From the NCBI GenBank assembly GCA_964640125.1, contig CAZXGG010000006.1:15756-79755 (forward strand): 64,000 bases of DNA, in the 5' to 3' direction. Below the pieces are notes generated by a model. It ran no database searches, was not told where the DNA came from, and saw only the letters and a list, made by a program, of their open reading frames with translations. Each line of letters opens with the position of its first letter. The first letter of the stretch is position 1. The position numbers and the translations under genes are program-made. Source of the DNA: an uncultured Rikenellaceae bacterium. Its GTDB lineage: Bacteria; Bacteroidota; Bacteroidia; Bacteroidales; VadinHA17. Positions 1 to 9,654 of this stretch are shown one piece after another.

Positions 1-79
1 GGAAATTATTGATCGTATTTATCATTTCTTCTCTTTGCATGTTTCAATCGTTTTCTAAAGCAAGCAGCCTTATGCGAAC

Positions 80-1303
80 CTACAAATTAGCACGTTTTAC
101 AATAATGGTTGAATTGGTCCCTCCAAATCCAAATGAATTGGAAAGAAAGATATTAATTTTTTTTGACATTGTTTCACAAATTATATTGAGTTTAGCAGAA
201 GCCTCATCCGGTTTTTCAAAATTGATATTTGGTGCGATAAATGAATGCTGCATCATCAGGATTGAATAGATAATTTCACTTGCTCCTCCCATCCACATTT
301 CATGACCGGTCATGGATTTGGTGGAGCTGACCGGGATATGGTATTCACCGAATATCTGGTTAAGTGCTTTTGCTTCATTCAGATCTCCTATTGGTGTAGA
401 GGTTGCATGGGCATTGATATAATCTAAACTTCTGGCATCTAAACCTGCATTGTCAATTGCTCTTTGCAGCGAGCGTACGGGTCCTTCAACGTTGGGTTGT
501 GAGATATGATCACCGTTGGAGGAGAAGCCATATCCTATCATTTCGGCCAGTATGGGAGCTCCTCTTTTCTTTGCCGACTCATACTCCTCCAGGATCAAGG
601 TAGCTGCTCCGCCACTCGGAACGAGTCCATCCCGGTCAATATCAAAGGGCCTGGAGGCTTTTGTCGGCTCATGTTCCCGCAGCGAAAATGCGCCCAATCC
701 ATCAAAACTTCCCATGGATTCCAGGCTGATCTCCTGCCCTCCACCACAGATTATCCGATCCTGCAGGCCATGTTGAATCAAGAAATAGGCCATCCCGAGT
801 GCATGCGATCCACTGGCACAGGCTCCACTTACCGTGAAATTTATTCCTTTCAGTTTATAAATAACCGACAGATTCATACTGATTGTGGAATTCATGGACT
901 GGAAGATAGTGCCTGAACCCAGCATGGTTGTATCCTTCTTCTCCCTCAACAAATCGAAGGATGCGACAACCGACTTTGCTGTGCTATCGTTCCCGTAAAG
1001 AATCCCCACTTCATTTTTCTCCAGGAACTCCCGGTCCAGACGGGCATTATCCAACGCTTCTTCAGTAGCAATAAAAGCATATTCACCCTCCTCTCCCAGG
1101 CCAACCCTTAACCTTCTATGCAGCCGGCCTTTCAAATCCGGTTTCTCAATCATTCCGGTAAGGGCGGAACGGAAACCCATTTTTTTCCGCTCCGGATCAA
1201 ACCCTATTCCCGATTTACCATAGTAAAGGGAATCCCTCACCTCGGAGAGGTTTTTGCCAATCGTCGAATAGATCCCCATTCCTGTAATAACCACCCTTCG
1301 CAT
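80..1303 (-). CDS. beta-ketoacyl-ACP synthase, KAS I/II family (elongating ketosynthase)
   Basis: 407-aa ORF. Active-site Cys in 'SGACASGSHALG'. His motifs 'INAHATSTPIGD' and 'STKSMTGHEMWMGGA'. C-terminal 'NSFGFGGTNSTIIV'. Together these give a thiolase-fold Cys-His-His KS. Confidence 0.9.
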   Translation of the reverse strand: MRRVVITGMGIYSTIGKNLSEVRDSLYYGKSGIGFDPERKKMGFRSALTGMIEKPDLKGRLHRRLRVGLGEEGEYAFIATEEALDNARLDREFLEKNEVGILYGNDSTAKSVVASFDLLREKKDTTMLGSGTIFQSMNSTISMNLSVIYKLKGINFTVSGACASGSHALGMAYFLIQHGLQDRIICGGGQEISLESMGSFDGLGAFSLREHEPTKASRPFDIDRDGLVPSGGAATLILEEYESAKKRGAPILAEMIGYGFSSNGDHISQPNVEGPVRSLQRAIDNAGLDARSLDYINAHATSTPIGDLNEAKALNQIFGEYHIPVSSTKSMTGHEMWMGGASEIIYSILMMQHSFIAPNINFEKPDEASAKLNIICETMSKKINIFLSNSFGFGGTNSTIIVKRANL

Positions 1304-1349
1304 CGATGTCCCTGTTACAATAATGGTAAAAATCTTACACTTTATTCAC

Positions 1350-2078
1350 TCAGGTGTATAACCCGCCATTTACTGAAATCACTTCGCCTGTAATATAGGA
1401 TGCCCCTTCTGACGCAAGGAATGCAACGGTTTCGGCAACCTCTTCCGGGGTGCCGAAACGATTCAGGGGAATAACGGATTTAAACTCCTTTTCATCCAGA
1501 TCCCTGGTCATATCCGTGGTGATGAAACCCGGAGCAACAGCATTCACCGTAACGTTTTTCTTGCCAACTTCCTGTGCAAGCGATTTGGTTGCGGCAATAA
1601 CACCGGCTTTTGAAGCGGCATAATTCGTTTGACCCGGAAGACCTTTTATTCCGGAGAGAGAGACAACATTTACAATCCTGCCATACTTCCCAATCATCAT
1701 ATCTTTTACCAGCCTTCTGGTCAGATAAAAAAAACCGTTCAGGTTGGTATTGATCACATCCATCCATTCTTCATCGGTCATCCAAACCAAAACGGCATCC
1801 TTGCGTATCCCGGCATTATTTATTAATATTTCAATGTACTTCTCCGGATTCCGTTCAGTCCAGGATTCCAGTGCAGCATCAATATCGGAAAGCTTTGAAA
1901 CATTAAACTGGATCAGTTCACCAGATCCACCACCATCCACTACCTGGCTCAGGGTTTGCTCTGCCTCTTCTTTACTTTTGTTGTAGTTGATCAAAACGTG
2001 ATGACCCAATCCGGCCATTTTCATGCAAATTGCCCGCCCAATACCACGCGACCCACCAGTAACCAATACATGTTTCAT
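1350..2078 (-). CDS. fabG: 3-oxoacyl-ACP reductase (SDR family, FabG-like)
   Basis: 242 aa. 'VLVTGGSRGIGRAI' (TGxxxGIG), 'NNAGI', catalytic 'YAASKAG' (YxxxK). Sits between the KS and the ammonia-lyase. Confidence 0.88.
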   Translation of the reverse strand: MKHVLVTGGSRGIGRAICMKMAGLGHHVLINYNKSKEEAEQTLSQVVDGGGSGELIQFNVSKLSDIDAALESWTERNPEKYIEILINNAGIRKDAVLVWMTDEEWMDVINTNLNGFFYLTRRLVKDMMIGKYGRIVNVVSLSGIKGLPGQTNYAASKAGVIAATKSLAQEVGKKNVTVNAVAPGFITTDMTRDLDEKEFKSVIPLNRFGTPEEVAETVAFLASEGASYITGEVISVNGGLYT

Positions 2079-2110
2079 AACAGGAGGTTGAATCCGTATA
2101 TCATTCGATA

Positions 2111-3649
2111 CTATCTCAATTTCTTTCTGGTACTCAATAGGTGCTGCTTCACTCTCCGGATCTCATCACTCATCACATGATCACCGATAAATTTGGGAAT
2201 GATGTCCCGTACTTCTTTAAAAACAGACCGGTTGAATGCAGAAAGTTTCTTCTCAATCTCCAGGTAATCCACCGCCTGAAGAACAGCGATGAGTTCAATT
2301 GCAACGACTTCATATGCATTTTCGATCACCTTTCTTGCTATCAATGCCGCAGTGGTTCCCATGCTTACGATGTCCTGGTTATCGTTGTTACATGAGATGC
2401 TATGAATATATGCCGGGAAGGATAACGTTTGGTTTTCGGCAACCGTTGATGTTGCTGTGAACTGAATCCCCTGCATTCCAAAATTCAGTCCAAGTTTTCC
2501 TAAATTCACAAACGGTTGTAATCTCGCATTCAATTTACTGTTCAAGAGGAAATTCAACTGTCGTTCTGCCAGCATGGATAATTTGCTAATGGCTATTTTC
2601 AGCTTATCCATTTCGATGGCAACGTAATCTCCATGAAAATTACCTCCGTGAAAAACATTCTCATTATCCTGGTCAATGATCGGATTATCATCCACAGAAT
2701 TGACTTCATTCATGACCACTGATTCTGCATGATCAAGTGTATCCAGCACAGGTCCCAGAATTTGAGGTATACAACGAACCGAATAGTACTCCTGTACCTT
2801 GTCGTTTAATACACCGGGACCAATATGGTTGTTATAGAGGTGTTCGGATCTTCTTCTGATCAGCTGACTATCTGAAAGAACATCCCTCATCCATTTTGAA
2901 ACGGTTCTCTGTCCCTCATGCGATTTGACCTGGTTCAGCTCAAATGAAAAATGATCGTCATAGGATTCGACAATCTCATTGATCAGGCAGGAAATGATCA
3001 CAGACCAATGCAACATGTTTCTTGCCTGTATCAGATTAACCACACCGATCCCTGACATGGCAGAGGTCCCGTTAATTATCCCCAATCCCTCACGAATATA
3101 CATTTTCAGTGGTTGAAGGGAATATTCGTCGAACACCTCCTTTGTCGGACGGGTTTCACCCTGATGAGTAACTTCTCCTTCGCCTATCAATGCAAGCCCC
3201 AGGTGGGATAATTGAACAAGGTCACCGCTTGCACCTACACCTCCATGTTCATAAATAACCGGGTAGATCTCCCGGTTTATCATCTCCTTGAGCAGGTGAA
3301 TTATATCCGGATGAACGCCGGAATTACCCTGCAAAAAGGTGATTAACCGCGCTATCATCAACGATTTAACATAGATCCCGGGGATTGGATCACCCGTGCC
3401 AGCTGAATGGCTGCGAATGAGATTATACTGAAGCTCTATCTGATCAGCCTCATCGATCCTGTATTGCGCCATGGGTCCAAGTCCGGTATTGATCCCATAG
3501 ATGATCTTATCTTTTGAAAAACCTTGCAAAAAGTCGAAACTGGATTTCACCCTGCTGATGACTTCCTCGCTGATTTCGATTTTTTCTCCACCAAAAAGCA
3601 GTCTGTAAAAATCCTCGGCGGTTACCTTCTGTTTCTTAAACGTTATCAT
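2111..3649 (-). CDS. MIO-dependent aromatic amino-acid ammonia-lyase (HAL/PAL/TAL family); by context probably tyrosine ammonia-lyase supplying a 4-coumarate starter
   Basis: 512 aa. MIO-forming Ala-Ser-Gly in 'GGVGASGDLVQLSH'. Also 'NTGLGPMAQY', 'LQYNLIRSHSAGTG', 'NDNQDIVSMG'. The TAL assignment is contextual, based on the flexirubin FlxA-type arrangement next to KS/FabG. Confidence 0.85.
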   Translation of the reverse strand: MITFKKQKVTAEDFYRLLFGGEKIEISEEVISRVKSSFDFLQGFSKDKIIYGINTGLGPMAQYRIDEADQIELQYNLIRSHSAGTGDPIPGIYVKSLMIARLITFLQGNSGVHPDIIHLLKEMINREIYPVIYEHGGVGASGDLVQLSHLGLALIGEGEVTHQGETRPTKEVFDEYSLQPLKMYIREGLGIINGTSAMSGIGVVNLIQARNMLHWSVIISCLINEIVESYDDHFSFELNQVKSHEGQRTVSKWMRDVLSDSQLIRRRSEHLYNNHIGPGVLNDKVQEYYSVRCIPQILGPVLDTLDHAESVVMNEVNSVDDNPIIDQDNENVFHGGNFHGDYVAIEMDKLKIAISKLSMLAERQLNFLLNSKLNARLQPFVNLGKLGLNFGMQGIQFTATSTVAENQTLSFPAYIHSISCNNDNQDIVSMGTTAALIARKVIENAYEVVAIELIAVLQAVDYLEIEKKLSAFNRSVFKEVRDIIPKFIGDHVMSDEIRRVKQHLLSTRKKLR

Positions 3650-3822
3650 AATTTACTCTCCTGTTTCACTGAAGGCCCGATAAAATATCGTGTCCCGGCA
3701 AATCTTGCTTTTCCTTAGTTTTTTTAAGTGAGCAAATTTAAGCAATATCTTCTTAAAATAAGCCAAACTGTCAGGCTTTCCTGTTGCAGATCATACTTAT
3801 CCGCAAAATGGGTTCCGCTATC

Positions 3823-4737
3823 CTATGAATTCATGTACACCGGCAGTTTGTTAATTGGAAAAATCCTGAAATCCCCCTCAATAAACTTGCCCATTTTGTA
3901 TAGGCTTTTTCCTGCTCCACACTCAATGAATGTTTCTATTCCCAGTTCAATCATGGTTTTCATGGTCCGATACCAGTTTATTTCAGAGTCCAGGTTTCTT
4001 GCCAGTTCATGAGCAATTTCTTCCCGGTACCTGAAAGTTGATTGATCGATCAGGGAGACCAATGGAATTTCAGATGTCTCAATACTCAGCTCATTAACAT
4101 AAGCATGAAATTCCGAAGCCACATCCTTCATAAATTTTGAATGATAGGGGCAAGATACATCGAGTAATCCGGAATGAAATGCACCTTCTGTACGGGCTTT
4201 CAATGCTACCTGTTTAACATCAGAGGAGATCCCTGAAATGACATATGAGTGGAGCCCGTTGGTATTCACAATATCAACATCATTGCTGATGGAGTGGATA
4301 ATGTTATCAAGTTCCTCATGCGTAAGACCAATGATTGCCCCCATCCCAAAATCATACTGATTCAACCTGTTGTCTGACAGTTCATATGCTTCTTTTATAC
4401 AACGTAATCCATCCTCATAGGAAATGGAATTCCCGGCATACAGTGCTGCGTAGATTCCCATACTCAATCCGGAAAGAAAATCCGGTTTTAATCCTCTTCT
4501 TTTCAGGATATTAACAACAACACAACTAAACACATAGGATATATATTGATTCTTATTTTCCTCAGCCAGGAAGTCATTGGTTTCCATTTGAAAGCTGTTC
4601 AGATCTGTTTGGGTAACCTCAGCAGCTCTTTTCAATAACGCATCAAAATCGGATGATAATAAGGAGAGAATCTGATCCTCGTTGCCAATGTATTCCGAAA
4701 TAAAAGCGGGAAAAATCCAAGCTGTTTTCATTCTCAT
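3823..4737 (-). CDS. acyl-carrier-protein acyltransferase, FabD-like fold (atypical)
   Basis: 304 aa. GxSxG nucleophile elbow 'GLSMGIYAAL' where FabD has GHSLGEY. Later 'HSGLLD..PYHS' region. Start abuts the stop of the PPTase gene. Confidence 0.7.
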   Translation of the reverse strand: MRMKTAWIFPAFISEYIGNEDQILSLLSSDFDALLKRAAEVTQTDLNSFQMETNDFLAEENKNQYISYVFSCVVVNILKRRGLKPDFLSGLSMGIYAALYAGNSISYEDGLRCIKEAYELSDNRLNQYDFGMGAIIGLTHEELDNIIHSISNDVDIVNTNGLHSYVISGISSDVKQVALKARTEGAFHSGLLDVSCPYHSKFMKDVASEFHAYVNELSIETSEIPLVSLIDQSTFRYREEIAHELARNLDSEINWYRTMKTMIELGIETFIECGAGKSLYKMGKFIEGDFRIFPINKLPVYMNS

Positions 4738-5127
4738 CTACTTAATCAAAACCACCTGAAACATCACGAAGGTTTCGGTATATTCTGCATGTGAGTCTAT
4801 TCGCTGTAATCCCTGTTGGATGAATAGTTCCTTTGCATAACCACCCAATTCGATATCATAATTTTCCTGTGTATCTCCACGAAAGATTAATTCAATGTCT
4901 TTCCAGGATATCGGGCTGTTGGTCCAGCTTCTTCCAAACGCCTTGAACATTGCCTCCTTGCAGGAGAAGCCCAATGAAAATCTGATTTCTTTGTGTAAGG
5001 CATTGTTTAACGAGACCTCCTTCTGTGTAAAAACATCAGCAATAAAGGAGGGAGGGGGTTCATATAGATCTAAATGCCTGGTAAACCTGTTTATCTCTTC
5101 AATATCAACACCGCAACCAAAGATCAT
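4738..5127 (-). CDS. acpS: 4'-phosphopantetheinyl transferase, AcpS type
   Basis: 129 aa. N-terminal 'GCGVDIEEI' (GxD Mg site), 'FTQKE', 'FSCKEAMFKAFG' (KEA motif). Directly downstream of the ACP. Confidence 0.8.
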   Translation of the reverse strand: MIFGCGVDIEEINRFTRHLDLYEPPPSFIADVFTQKEVSLNNALHKEIRFSLGFSCKEAMFKAFGRSWTNSPISWKDIELIFRGDTQENYDIELGGYAKELFIQQGLQRIDSHAEYTETFVMFQVVLIK

Positions 5128-5150
5128 TAGCAGGGATTTAGTGAACAGGA

Positions 5151-5465
5151 TTAATCCAATTCCAGGATGGCATTCTCGTGTTCAATGATCAACAATTGGG
5201 TGTGGATCAATTGACCCACGGTACGCACAGGATGCTTAACATTGTATTTACCAATTGTCTTTAGATCGATATTCAGAGAGTATTTCTTTTTAAAAATTTC
5301 AATCAGTTCCAGGAACATCAGGGAATCACCACCAAGATCTTGAAAAATATCGGTTGTATCATCAATTGCGTTCAATTCCACTTCGCACTCATCGGCAAAA
5401 AATTGATAAACAATTTCATTCACTTCTTTCCGAGTCTCGTCTGTTAATTTGTTCATTTTCTTCAA
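5151..5465 (-). CDS. acyl carrier protein
   Basis: 104 aa. Phosphopantetheine attachment motif 'LGGDSLMFLELIE'. Lies between KS and PPTase. Confidence 0.85.
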   Translation of the reverse strand: MKKMNKLTDETRKEVNEIVYQFFADECEVELNAIDDTTDIFQDLGGDSLMFLELIEIFKKKYSLNIDLKTIGKYNVKHPVRTVGQLIHTQLLIIEHENAILELD

Positions 5466-5543
5466 CTTATACTAAACATCAATACACCTTTTAAAATAAA
5501 CGAGTGTAAATATAGAAAAATTCTTACATATATATGATTCTCA

Positions 5544-6782
5544 TTATTCAAAAGTGTCGTACTTTTTCAGGACGATTGATGCATTGTGTCCCCCGAATGC
5601 AAATGAGTTTGAAAGGGCATGTGTTATGGGGTGTTTTCTGGCTTTGTTGGGAACAAAATCAAGGTCCAGTTCCGGATCTTTTTCATAGTTAATGGTCGGT
5701 GTGACGGTTTCTTTCAACATGCTCATGATGGTAATCGCTGCCTCGATTGCACCGGCAGCACCAATGGTATGTCCTATCATCGATTTCAATGATGAGATGG
5801 GGATCTGGTATGCTTGCTCCTGAAAAACTTTTTTGATTGCCAGTGTTTCATATCGGTCATTCAGGATTGTAGAGGTCCCGTGTGTATTAATATATTGAAT
5901 ATCAGCCGGTTTAAGATTGCTATTCTGCAAGGCCAGTTCCATGGTTTGAGCCATGCCTTCTCCATCATTCATGGGTGCCATAATATTATAGGCCTCACTG
6001 GTTAGCGCATAACCTGTAATTTCTGCAATGATTGTTGCTTTTCTCGCCAGTGCGAACTCTTCCGATTCAAGGATAAGGACACCTGCACCCTCTCCAATAA
6101 CAAATCCATCCCTGCTTTTTGAGAATGGTTTGCTTGCTTTTTCCGGAGGATCATTTTCAACCGACAGGGCAAAGAGTTCATTAAACCCGCGTATCTCTTC
6201 AGGATTGATGATTGAATCCGCCCCACCCACTATCACAATATCTGCTTTGTTCGATTGAATCAGGTCATAGCCCAATCCGATGGCATAAGCTGAGGATGCA
6301 CATGCTGTAGCCACAGTATAATTGGGTCCAAGAAGTTTATATTCCAGCGATATCCAGGCAGACATGGAATTATTCATACTTTTTAAGATCGCATTTTGAA
6401 TGGTTGTTCCCTTTTCCACACTGGAATTACCGGTATTTACAACACCCATTATTACAGCACATCGGGTTTTGTCAACGCTTGAGAAATCGATTCCGCTTTT
6501 TTCAACAGCCACTTTGGCACAGGTAAAACAGAACTGTGTCACTCTGGTCATTTGCCTTGCCGTACGTTTCCGGATATACTCTCTGGCGAGATCCTCAAAA
6601 TTCATTGGAACCTCTGCAGCAATCTGTGTTTGGAGATCTGAAGGGTCAAACAATGAAATTCGCTTAACACCGCTTTTACCCTGAACAAGGTTTTCCCAAT
6701 TCGTATCGAGATTCAGCCCAAGGGCAGAAATAACATCCATCCCCGTAACCACTACTTTTCGATTCATCGCTGTATGATTCAT
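5544..6782 (-). CDS. beta-ketoacyl-ACP synthase II family (FabF-like)
   Basis: 412 aa. 'TVATACASSAYAIG' (Cys), 'INTHGTST' (His), 'LKSMIGHTIGAAG' (His), 'NSFAFGGHNASIVL'. The start may be the internal 'MNRKVVVTG' at 6767. Confidence 0.9.
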   Translation of the reverse strand: MNHTAMNRKVVVTGMDVISALGLNLDTNWENLVQGKSGVKRISLFDPSDLQTQIAAEVPMNFEDLAREYIRKRTARQMTRVTQFCFTCAKVAVEKSGIDFSSVDKTRCAVIMGVVNTGNSSVEKGTTIQNAILKSMNNSMSAWISLEYKLLGPNYTVATACASSAYAIGLGYDLIQSNKADIVIVGGADSIINPEEIRGFNELFALSVENDPPEKASKPFSKSRDGFVIGEGAGVLILESEEFALARKATIIAEITGYALTSEAYNIMAPMNDGEGMAQTMELALQNSNLKPADIQYINTHGTSTILNDRYETLAIKKVFQEQAYQIPISSLKSMIGHTIGAAGAIEAAITIMSMLKETVTPTINYEKDPELDLDFVPNKARKHPITHALSNSFAFGGHNASIVLKKYDTFE

Positions 6783-6787
6783 TTTAT

Positions 6788-7846
6788 TTACAATTCAAAG
6801 GGACCTTTTTCACAATTCATGTATTCTTTGACCGCGAAGGTAAGTTCTTCTTCAGTACAATACCCCTGTTCGACGAACCGCGTGGCAGCATCGACATACC
6901 AACCTCTCAGCCTCTCTGTAATCGATCCGTTACACGCCTCTATGCTGCTTTTTTGATTGTTGTTATCCGGAGTGACTCTTTGCTGTGCTTCCCAGGTATA
7001 GAAACCCTGGGCCGTTTTCATCCCTAACCTGTTCTCTCTAATCATGTTCCCCAGATGATTCAGCAACGGTTGGTAGAATCCCCGGTTCTTCGCATTTTCC
7101 GTGTACCGGTCAATTGAATTGCGTATTACATCAATTCCAACACGATCAAAAAATTCAAACACTCCCACAGGGAAAAAATCCCTTACAATCAAGTCATCCA
7201 TTTCTTTAAATGAAAGGTTGTTCTCTTTACATAGCTGGAATGCTCCTGCCTGAAAATCCAAAAATAAACGGTTTAACAAAAAAGCACTTTCCCCCTGCTG
7301 AAGAATAAACTTCTTATTCATGTGGTTTAGGAAAAGCCGGGAGTTCTGCAGTGTTTGCCTGCTTGTATTCCGGGCAATGATTAACTCGACAATATTGGTA
7401 AACGGGACGGGATAAAAAAAATGCATCCCAATCACTTTATCTTTCCTCTTACCATGTGTATACCAATCTTCCGGGAGTATGGAAGAGGAACAGGATGCAA
7501 AGATACAATCGCTATTTGTGACCCGATCAAGTTTTTCAAACAATTTTCTTTTCAGGCAGAGATCCTCCGTTATGGTTTCGATGATTAAATTACATTGTGC
7601 CAACTTCCGGGGCAAATGACTTACGTGTATTTGATTCAACCGGTTTTCATACCTGTCATGATCAATAAGTCCTGTTCTAAACGTTCTCGTCCATCTTTTC
7701 CTTACCTGTTTTTCAAGATCCTCAACATCATTCTTTGTTTTGCAGATCCACACCAGTGGGAATTCAAAGTCAAGGAGATAACCGAAAAGACTGGTTCCCA
7801 TTTTTCCTTTCCCTACGATACCCACATGAAAATCTAACGGGTTCAT
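6788..7846 (-). CDS. 3-hydroxyacyl-CoA dehydrogenase family, NAD-binding
   Basis: Rossmann 'VGIVGKGKMGTSL' followed by a 3HCDH-like body. I place the start at the ATG at 7846 ('MNPLDFHVG'). That ATG overlaps the upstream rSAM stop as ATGA. The track ORF extends to 7873. Confidence 0.75.
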   Translation of the reverse strand: MNPLDFHVGIVGKGKMGTSLFGYLLDFEFPLVWICKTKNDVEDLEKQVRKRWTRTFRTGLIDHDRYENRLNQIHVSHLPRKLAQCNLIIETITEDLCLKRKLFEKLDRVTNSDCIFASCSSSILPEDWYTHGKRKDKVIGMHFFYPVPFTNIVELIIARNTSRQTLQNSRLFLNHMNKKFILQQGESAFLLNRLFLDFQAGAFQLCKENNLSFKEMDDLIVRDFFPVGVFEFFDRVGIDVIRNSIDRYTENAKNRGFYQPLLNHLGNMIRENRLGMKTAQGFYTWEAQQRVTPDNNNQKSSIEACNGSITERLRGWYVDAATRFVEQGYCTEEELTFAVKEYMNCEKGPFEL

Positions 7847-9429
7847 TTCTGATCTACCATTTGGTTTTTCCATGCTCCTTTATCCTGCAATTTTATCTCG
7901 TTCCGCATTTCCGGAAGGTGTTTTTTCATTACCCGGAGGTGGCGGCGAAATCCTTCCATTGAAACAAGGAAAATTGCTGCCGACTCAATGGCAATCTTAT
8001 CCTTCCGGATCAGGTTGATCATTTTTAAAAACGCTTGGCGTTTGGATTTATCCCTGGAAAAGAGGTAAATCCACAAAAGATGGAAGGTCATTTTTAATTT
8101 AAAGAAAAATCCACTCTGATCGGTCTTATAGGTTCGAACAAAATATCCCTTAACAAAGAGTGGAAATGCTCTTTCTCCAATGGATTCCCAGGTGTACAAG
8201 TGGTTAAGAGTTTCGTGATACCTGTCGAATAGTTCAAGCTGGGACATCTGCATATAGTGAAGGACGGGAAACATGCCGCCGGTATATTTTGCTTTCCCCT
8301 GAACCAATCTGCCCTCCTTTTTCATTCTTTCATGCAGGTCTGTCCCTTCGTGGGTTCCCAGTATACTGACCATGACATACACCAGTTCAGCTTTAATGGC
8401 AAACTGATAAATGTTGTTAAACTCTTCCAGCGTATCATGGTCAAATCCGACGATAAACGAGCTGTAAACCTGAATTCCAGCTTTGTTTATCCGGCGAATC
8501 GCATCGAGGTAGTGTTCTGCTTTGTTCTGAAATTTCTTGGTCTCTTTAATGCTCTCCGGGTTGACGGATTCTAAACCCAATACGATAAAACGGCAACCGG
8601 CTTCTGCCATTTCTTTTAACAGTTCCTCATCGTCAGCCACATCAAGGCTTGACTGGCAGGTCCAGGTAATTTCGAAGGGCTTTATTCTCCGCATCAATTC
8701 CAGAGCATATTTTTTATTTATGGTCAGGTTATCATCCACAAACAGGATGTTCCTGATGGGCAGGGCTGCCACCTCCTCAACCACATTATCGATATCCCGG
8801 AATCGGACTTTCCTGCCAAACATTTTTGAGACAATACAAAATTCACATTTATAAGGGCACCCTCTGGTAGCCTGTACACTGAGCGACAGCACGTTACTTG
8901 TGTCCACCAGGTCCCATCTCGGGAGGACATTCTGTGAGAAGTCTATTTTCTGTTCCGACTGATATATCTCCTGAAGTTTTCCCTGCTCGAAGTCTGCCAG
9001 GCACTTTCCCCATAGTTCTTCCGCTTCACCGATAACCACGCTATCGGCATGTACAAGACCCTCTTCCGGTTCATAGGTCACATGCGGTCCTCCAAGGATC
9101 ACTTTAGCTCCCCGGTCTCTGAACATACCTGCTATTTGATAGGTTCTCTGAATTGACGGAGTATGAGTTGTAATACCAACGATATCCGGTTTTGCATTTA
9201 TGGGAATGGGGTTCAGCTCCTCATCAAAAATTTTGATATCATAATAATCGGGGGTGAGGGCTGCCAAAATCGGAAGGGCGAGGGATGTGTTTGCGTTTTT
9301 CCGGCCAACCAGTCTGGCAGTAAAACATTGTGTTCCAAAATGCTTGAATTGCTGAAATGGACTGATCAGGAATAACGTAAATTTTTTTCCCTCCCTGCAT
9401 CCCGTTCCTTCATGTTCATAGTCCGGCAT
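7843..9429 (-). CDS. B12-binding-domain radical SAM enzyme (class B), paralog 1
   Basis: 528 aa. N-terminal cobalamin-domain-like 'DIVGITTHT...VILGGPHVT...HADSVVIGEAE'. Radical SAM cluster motif 'ATRGCPYKCEFCIV' (CxxxCxxC). Long C-terminal extension. Confidence 0.85.
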   Translation of the reverse strand: MPDYEHEGTGCREGKKFTLFLISPFQQFKHFGTQCFTARLVGRKNANTSLALPILAALTPDYYDIKIFDEELNPIPINAKPDIVGITTHTPSIQRTYQIAGMFRDRGAKVILGGPHVTYEPEEGLVHADSVVIGEAEELWGKCLADFEQGKLQEIYQSEQKIDFSQNVLPRWDLVDTSNVLSLSVQATRGCPYKCEFCIVSKMFGRKVRFRDIDNVVEEVAALPIRNILFVDDNLTINKKYALELMRRIKPFEITWTCQSSLDVADDEELLKEMAEAGCRFIVLGLESVNPESIKETKKFQNKAEHYLDAIRRINKAGIQVYSSFIVGFDHDTLEEFNNIYQFAIKAELVYVMVSILGTHEGTDLHERMKKEGRLVQGKAKYTGGMFPVLHYMQMSQLELFDRYHETLNHLYTWESIGERAFPLFVKGYFVRTYKTDQSGFFFKLKMTFHLLWIYLFSRDKSKRQAFLKMINLIRKDKIAIESAAIFLVSMEGFRRHLRVMKKHLPEMRNEIKLQDKGAWKNQMVDQK

Positions 9430-9569
9430 CGCTCCTGCTTACTAAACTAATTATCTTTCAAATGGTTAGTTCAATCTCTCATCAAAAAATACCCTTTTTC
9501 AAAGAAATGGTATTTCCAGGCTGTAAAAATATTGATTTGTTTACATTCAGGAAAATTCCACAAGAAAAT

Positions 9570-9577
9570 TATTTTTG
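9570..9577 (+). promoter_or_regulatory. candidate Bacteroidetes -7 promoter box (TAnnTTTG) for rSAM paralog 2
   Basis: 'TATTTTTG' read at 9570..9577, 78 nt upstream of the ATG at 9655, in the divergent intergenic region. No well-spaced -33 TTTG was seen. Confidence 0.3.
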
Positions 9578-9654
9578 TGATTTAAAAGTGGTTAATAAAA
9601 TCCTGGAGATCCGTAAACCAATCCCATGTATTGTTACCTCTGAGACAGTGTACT

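Noticed and set aside
1-40. Minus-strand ATG at position 40 opening 'MQREEMINTINNF...' that runs off the window. It could be another ACP-like gene continuing the operon.
   Set aside because: Only 13 codons are visible, which is too little to call a feature. It is mentioned only as a hint that the cluster extends leftwards.
9-269. 86-aa plus-strand ORF at the left edge.
   Set aside because: It lies antisense to the well-supported ketosynthase C-terminus and has no motif. It is a typical shadow ORF.
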